Source: a virus (lineage: Duplodnaviria > Heunggongvirae > Uroviricota > Caudoviricetes). Taken from it: a stretch of 64,000 bases of DNA. The notes under the pieces were generated by a model. It did no database searches. It was not told where the DNA came from and worked only from the letters and a program-made list of their open reading frames with translations. A program made the position numbers and the translations under genes. The stretch is taken from IMG/VR virus record IMGVR_UViG_3300045988_150439; one strand, given 5' to 3'. The first letter of the stretch is position 1, and each line of letters starts with the position of its first letter. Of this stretch, positions 59,396-64,000 are shown in pieces.

Positions 59396-59821
59396 ATGTT
59401 AGGTTTATTCAAAAAGAAAACTCGTAAAGCTGTTATCGAGGTCAAAAAAATGGAGAACCGAGATGCGGTTGAAGCCACCGTGTGGGGCGCGTACATGATC
59501 TCCTATGCCGATGGCACATGCGACGCAAAGGAAATTTCCATTCTTGAGAAAACAATTGCAGCTCTGCCTGCGTTTTCTCCGTTTGCTGGTGAGATTGCCC
59601 AAATGAGCGCCAATATCCGTGCTCAATACGAAGCCTCACCGCGCCGCGCTAATGCCCAGGCTTTACGTGAGCTGGCTGATGTGGCCGGGACTAATGATGC
59701 AGTAGATGTACTGTGTCTGTGCCTTGATATTGCCGACCAAGACGGTATTGGCGAACAAGAAGAGCTGGCCCTGAAAAAGATCGCACAGGCGCTTCAGTTG
59801 TCACTGGATGCTTATCTCTAA
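59396..59821 (+). CDS. hypothetical protein (TerB-like?)
   Basis: 141 aa; helical with YADGTCDAKEISILE and DIADQDGIGEQEELALKKI segments reminiscent of TerB-type domains; conserved aaaggaaagcacATG context. Confidence 0.35.
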   Translation: MLGLFKKKTRKAVIEVKKMENRDAVEATVWGAYMISYADGTCDAKEISILEKTIAALPAFSPFAGEIAQMSANIRAQYEASPRRANAQALRELADVAGTNDAVDVLCLCLDIADQDGIGEQEELALKKIAQALQLSLDAYL

Positions 59822-59979
59822 TGCTTGAGAGATTCCGGCTTGTGACCGTCATTGCTCTTCTGGTGATGGCGGTGTTGGTGGATTTTACGGGAAAGATGAT
59901 GTCTGTCATTTCTGATGGCGTCCTCATTGGTCTGGCGATCTACTTCGCTTATCCGCTAGTCCGTAAAGCAACGTGTTAA
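59821..59979 (+). CDS. small membrane protein (52 aa)
   Basis: Below track cutoff; TAATG overlap with upstream stop; two hydrophobic segments. Confidence 0.35.
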   Translation: MLERFRLVTVIALLVMAVLVDFTGKMMSVISDGVLIGLAIYFAYPLVRKATC

Positions 59980-59981
59980 TG

Positions 59982-60010
59982 ACAAGGGCCAAATGGCCCT
60001 TGTGTTTCGT
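59982..60010 (+). terminator. rho-independent terminator
   Basis: acaagggcc-aaat-ggcccttgt followed by gtttcgtt. Confidence 0.6.
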
Positions 60011-60118
60011 TGACCGAAATAGAGAGTTTGCACCTTTACGTTTAGCTTGCTCCCCTTTTATGCCACATCACAATAAAGCCAATAAGAAAACAACTTGTTT
60101 AAGCATTAGGAAAAACAC

Positions 60119-60688
60119 ATGTGCAAGAAATGCAAAGCGATAGCTGATGAACAAAACGCCTTATTCGAAGAAATGGATGCTAATGAACTGGTCAAAATGT
60201 TAGCCATTCTTCGAGGAATAGAAGACGTTTCCATATTTGAGAGAGTGGTTACAGCACTTAATTTTGAGTCCACCTTTGAAGAGCCAACTCAGGTTGTAGC
60301 TTTAGCACATCATTTCGGTGTTCATTATCTTGCTGAAAAAGAGCGCGCTGATAAGTTGCAGGCGGCTTTGGATATGGTGAGCGAGACTCAACGAACTGAT
60401 GACACTAACAAGAGTGAGGCGATTATTGCCAGCAAAGATCGTGAAATTGCTGGGCTTAAATCCTCTCTAACGATGTTGATGTCTGCGTTCAATCTTATGT
60501 CTTCTCAGGCGGGTTATAAAATGCCATCACTAAACAGTGATGATCCGATGGCCGTTCGTCAGCTTTTGGGAGCAATGGCCGACCAACTCGACGACACAAA
60601 GAGTCGGCTTGAAGACATGATGCGTGAGTTAAGCCATCGACATAACCTCGCAACACAGCCACACAAAGCCTTTCAAAGCTCTAATTGA
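60119..60688 (+). CDS. hypothetical protein
   Basis: 189 aa; N-terminal CKKC; helical; conserved aaaaacacATG context. Confidence 0.45.
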   Translation: MCKKCKAIADEQNALFEEMDANELVKMLAILRGIEDVSIFERVVTALNFESTFEEPTQVVALAHHFGVHYLAEKERADKLQAALDMVSETQRTDDTNKSEAIIASKDREIAGLKSSLTMLMSAFNLMSSQAGYKMPSLNSDDPMAVRQLLGAMADQLDDTKSRLEDMMRELSHRHNLATQPHKAFQSSN

Positions 60689-60743
60689 TCTGATATGGCC
60701 GCATGATCGGCCATATTGTGTTGATAAAAAACAAGGATGAAAA

Positions 60744-61025
60744 ATGGCATACGGTACAGGGATTTACAACAATAAAGGAATTAACGTTACTGGCTTCCTT
60801 ACTCCTATTTTTTTTCTTGATCGATTTACTGCGTCATCAGGCTCTAAGACGTACTCCAATCCGCCACCGGGTAAATCGCTACATGCCGTGTGGTCATTGA
60901 TGCCTCTTAACAACGACAACTACATTAATTTACCTGTTCCAACAGTTACTATTAATGGAAATACGGTTAGTTGGTCAAATTTATATACGGGGCTTGGTTC
61001 TTACATATACACATACTGGGGATAA
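60744..61025 (+). CDS. hypothetical protein (93 aa, Gly/Asn/Tyr/Thr-rich)
   Basis: ATG follows AGGA; beta-rich composition. Confidence 0.4.
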   Translation: MAYGTGIYNNKGINVTGFLTPIFFLDRFTASSGSKTYSNPPPGKSLHAVWSLMPLNNDNYINLPVPTVTINGNTVSWSNLYTGLGSYIYTYWG

Positions 61026-61027
61026 TT

Positions 61028-61642
61028 ATGTTCGGGATGTCAATTACACAATCAGATGGAAGTTTGTGGATGAGTCCAGAATTTACTCCGCAAAATCTGA
61101 TTAATAAAGGGACAATGTCTACATCTAAAGGTTCTGTTTTTCAAACATCAATCCCATCAAACAAATCATGCTTTTTCTTCATAAAAAGCAGTAATAAGGC
61201 GAACATGATGTTTATTCATGAGCATAGTAACGGATACAATGCTCTCAGATTGCATCAGGTAAATGGTAGCCCCGGAACAATAACAGTTTATGCTTTTTCT
61301 GATATGGTGTTACCACATTCTGGCTATGGCATTGCCATGTATAACAGCGCAGGCGCAATGGTGTATCACGGTGAGATGATGCCCCTTGATGCGAAACTTA
61401 TCACTATTTCTGACCCTCAATTTACAATAGATATGGGGTATCCATGTGCGGTAATGCCTGCTATGGTTGGGGTATATAACTATAGACGAACCGATTACGA
61501 CAGACCTGTCTATGTAACAATGACAGGTGCAACTGGAAACCAAGTATATAACGGTCAATGGTATTCCGGTAATGTCACATGGGATATTAAGAAGATTTAT
61601 ACAAACAAAATTCTGGTGATAAATACCTCCAAGTATGATTAG
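61028..61642 (+). CDS. hypothetical protein (204 aa)
   Basis: ORF 60971..61642; probable ATG 61028 after GGGGA and upstream stop; Tyr/Asn/Gly-rich. Confidence 0.4.
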   Translation: MFGMSITQSDGSLWMSPEFTPQNLINKGTMSTSKGSVFQTSIPSNKSCFFFIKSSNKANMMFIHEHSNGYNALRLHQVNGSPGTITVYAFSDMVLPHSGYGIAMYNSAGAMVYHGEMMPLDAKLITISDPQFTIDMGYPCAVMPAMVGVYNYRRTDYDRPVYVTMTGATGNQVYNGQWYSGNVTWDIKKIYTNKILVINTSKYD

Positions 61643-61745
61643 CCAATGCCTTTATTTGAAGGATTGCCTGTTTATTTCTATTTAGTACCTTTTCATTTTT
61701 GAAATAATTGCACCATTAAACAAATCACTTCTTAATGGTGCAATT

Positions 61746-63431
61746 ATGAATACAGCCCTTTCCATCATCGACGATGCCAACTCAAACACTGCTATCGACT
61801 ATCGGCAGGAAATGAACGTCATCCACGAAATTGTGGCCGAGTGCGAGAAAGAGATCGCCTTCATGTATCAGGTACACGACTTCGTTTATGGCGACGAACG
61901 CCACAACATGATTAATCGCCTGCTGAGACTAAACCATCGACCAGATGAAGATCGCTCGCGTTTAAATCGAGGTTGGTTGGATAAAGTCGATCTGGAATGG
62001 GTGAAACAGAATATTTGGGCCGAGTACTGGAGGAAGGTCACGGACATGACTAACGTTTTGCTGATCATGCCAGCTTCCCGTCGAGATGAGTGGCGCGAGC
62101 AGTTTATAGAGGGCAAACAGGAAGTCATCAAAACTGACAGAACCGGCTACCAGATGAAGGTTAAAGAGTTCGTTGGTGTACCGGAGTTCAAAGCAGAAAC
62201 GGTCATACCCACGATGCTTAATTTGCTGAATGACAGGCACAAATATCTCTCTGAGCGCGTGTATGGCTTGTTTAAGGCGCTGAGTCCTGCGCACAAGACA
62301 AATAAGACAAACGGTTTCAGCGAGCGTCTGATAATCGCTGACTGCATTTCTGATTTCTGGCGGGACAGCGTTAGCGTGAACTATCGCAAAGAGGACTACA
62401 TCGACGATCTGCGTGTCTTGCTTCATTTCTTCGCGCACAAAGAATTTATTACCATCAACCGCACTGCTGAGGTGCTATCAGCTGCGTATCGAGCAAACGA
62501 CTGCCAGACCGGTGACTGGATTAACGTCGATGGAAATCTGATGCGCGTGAAGATGTTCAAGAACGGCAACGTTCACTTTGAAATACATCCTGACGTGGCC
62601 TGGAAGTTGAATGAGGTGCTGGCTTACAGTATGCCTGCTGCAATCCCCGCGCCATGCCGAACTGCGCCAAAAACACGGGCACCAAAGCAGTTCGGTTTAA
62701 TCCAGAAGACGATCTCCGTGCAGGTTCGCACTGCGCTTCGTGACGGGCGATTGAGCAAAGACAAAGGCGTATGGTACTTCTCTGATTCAGCTCTCCAGAA
62801 GTCGCAGGTGGAAGAGCTTGAGCGCACACTGAGCTTCATTGGCGGCGTGCAGGAGAAAAAGCACTGGCAGTTCCCGTATGACATCGGCCATACGCTAAAT
62901 ACGATTGTGGCTACCGGTTTAATACCGGATACAAAATCACACCAGTTCTACCCTACCCCACGCTTGATTGCTGAGTACGTTGCCAGAGCCACTGAATTGA
63001 AGCCTGGTGAGAAGCTGTTGGAGCCTCAAGCCGGACGTGGGGATCTTCTGGCCTATATTAACGCCGATCTGGAAGATGTTACCTGCATAGAAATCGCACC
63101 TCTCTTCGCTGATATCCTGCGTGGAAAAGGGTATACGAACACGATTTGCTGCGACTTCATAAAGTGGTCTGAGGACAACGCAGGTTATCAGTTCGACAAA
63201 ATCGTTATGAACCCGCCGTACTCGCTTGGTCGTCATAGAGAGCACACGCTGGCTGCGCTGGGGCATCTGAAAGTCGGCGGGCGTCTTGTAGCAGTATTGC
63301 CGGGCACTGCGCCAATACTGGACTGGATGACGATGGATAATTACGTTTATGCCAGAGGGAAGTCGTTTACCAACGAGTTTGAAGACACAGGGATCACAGT
63401 CAGCGTATACGTTTTCAAACGCGTTAAATGA
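61746..63431 (+). CDS. DNA methyltransferase with large N-terminal domain
   Basis: 561 aa; C-terminal FYPTPR, SAM-binding LEPQAGRGDLL, catalytic VMNPPYS (motif I before IV); N-terminal ~390 aa unassigned. Confidence 0.55.
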   Translation: MNTALSIIDDANSNTAIDYRQEMNVIHEIVAECEKEIAFMYQVHDFVYGDERHNMINRLLRLNHRPDEDRSRLNRGWLDKVDLEWVKQNIWAEYWRKVTDMTNVLLIMPASRRDEWREQFIEGKQEVIKTDRTGYQMKVKEFVGVPEFKAETVIPTMLNLLNDRHKYLSERVYGLFKALSPAHKTNKTNGFSERLIIADCISDFWRDSVSVNYRKEDYIDDLRVLLHFFAHKEFITINRTAEVLSAAYRANDCQTGDWINVDGNLMRVKMFKNGNVHFEIHPDVAWKLNEVLAYSMPAAIPAPCRTAPKTRAPKQFGLIQKTISVQVRTALRDGRLSKDKGVWYFSDSALQKSQVEELERTLSFIGGVQEKKHWQFPYDIGHTLNTIVATGLIPDTKSHQFYPTPRLIAEYVARATELKPGEKLLEPQAGRGDLLAYINADLEDVTCIEIAPLFADILRGKGYTNTICCDFIKWSEDNAGYQFDKIVMNPPYSLGRHREHTLAALGHLKVGGRLVAVLPGTAPILDWMTMDNYVYARGKSFTNEFEDTGITVSVYVFKRVK

Positions 63432-63492
63432 TAGGTAAATACTTACTTAATTTGTGTAAGAATGTAGTTACTAAACGATAAGAGAAAAACAC

Positions 63493-64000
63493 ATGAACAA
63501 CCTCCAGTTAGAGCATTTTAACGTCACAGGCCATTCTGATTTTCCTTTCAAGTTTACATTGAAAGGTTATGCAGAGGATGCGGTAGGCCAGATCATTATT
63601 GATAAAGGCATCGTTAAGTTTGAGGGGAATTTTGATGAATCCGCGAAAACATTCATAGACTTCGTTGCCAAACGTTGGAGCGAGCAATGGAAAGACCTGG
63701 AAAAGCGCGCTAGTGAGTTTGATCGGTTCATGGATGCAATGGATACAGCAAAAGAGGCTCTGGCTGCCGGGACTCCGTTAGATCTGGAGTCACTTTTCAA
63801 CGGCGAAGTGGCATCTGCGATGTTCGCTACCATGTTCGCGGGTGAGTTCGTCCGCAGCGGTGCCAAAAATTACCTTGAGCTGGATTACAACGTCCCTGCA
63901 ATTGGCGATTTCGTCGTTACCATCCAACGCAAAGAAGGTAAGACGCCAGGTGAACGCGTCGCAGAACTTGAGGCTGTTGTGGATCAGCGTAACGGAGAGT
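63493..64000 (+). CDS. hypothetical protein, 3' end outside window
   Basis: Not in ORF track because it has no stop before the window edge; ATG in conserved agagaaaaacacATG context; frame open for ~169 codons. Confidence 0.5.
   Translation, partial: MNNLQLEHFNVTGHSDFPFKFTLKGYAEDAVGQIIIDKGIVKFEGNFDESAKTFIDFVAKRWSEQWKDLEKRASEFDRFMDAMDTAKEALAAGTPLDLESLFNGEVASAMFATMFAGEFVRSGAKNYLELDYNVPAIGDFVVTIQRKEGKTPGERVAELEAVVDQRNGE

Noticed and set aside
1-64000. Identification as bacteriophage T5 or a close relative
   Set aside because: The tail-fibre chaperone domain and tRNA/nrd/thyA/DHFR content recall T5, but the polymerase is DnaE-type and a partition system and iteron replicon are present.

Overview
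The window reads as a densely coded, mostly plus-strand segment of a large tailed-phage genome that also carries plasmid-maintenance functions, i.e. a phage-plasmid. All calls are from reading the sequence and ORF translations by eye; no searches were run, and coordinates of features not in the ORF track may be off by 1-2 nt. Layout: the 3' end of a tail-fibre gene and a lysis-like cluster with overlapping spanin-like genes (1-2.7 kb); a GNAT/DUF1778 toxin-antitoxin pair and a ParA partition operon (2.7-4.9 kb); a DNA replication and nucleotide-metabolism module covering most of the rest (DnaB-like helicase, primase, ATP-dependent ligase, DnaE-type polymerase, gp32-like SSB, flap endonuclease, intein-containing RecA, SbcCD, NrdAB, thymidylate synthase, DHFR, RNase HI, DnaQ-like exonuclease, glutaredoxin, two DNA methyltransferases); three tRNA genes (Asn, Thr, Ser) in a structured ORF-free region; and a P1-style iteron replicon (repA flanked by iteron arrays, DnaA boxes, GATC clusters) at 38.2-40.4 kb. 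The gene content resembles what I recall of SSU5/pHCM2-type phage-plasmids, but that is memory, not a search result. The best candidates for an undescribed or accessory system are two AT-rich insertions: a minus-strand two-gene cassette next to the tRNA cluster (15213-17317) and a solitary KAP-family P-loop NTPase (4907-6610). Also notable are a LAGLIDADG intein in the RecA P-loop, hairpin units of possible stable RNAs beside the tRNAs, and a palindromic motif recurring in at least 16 intergenic regions.
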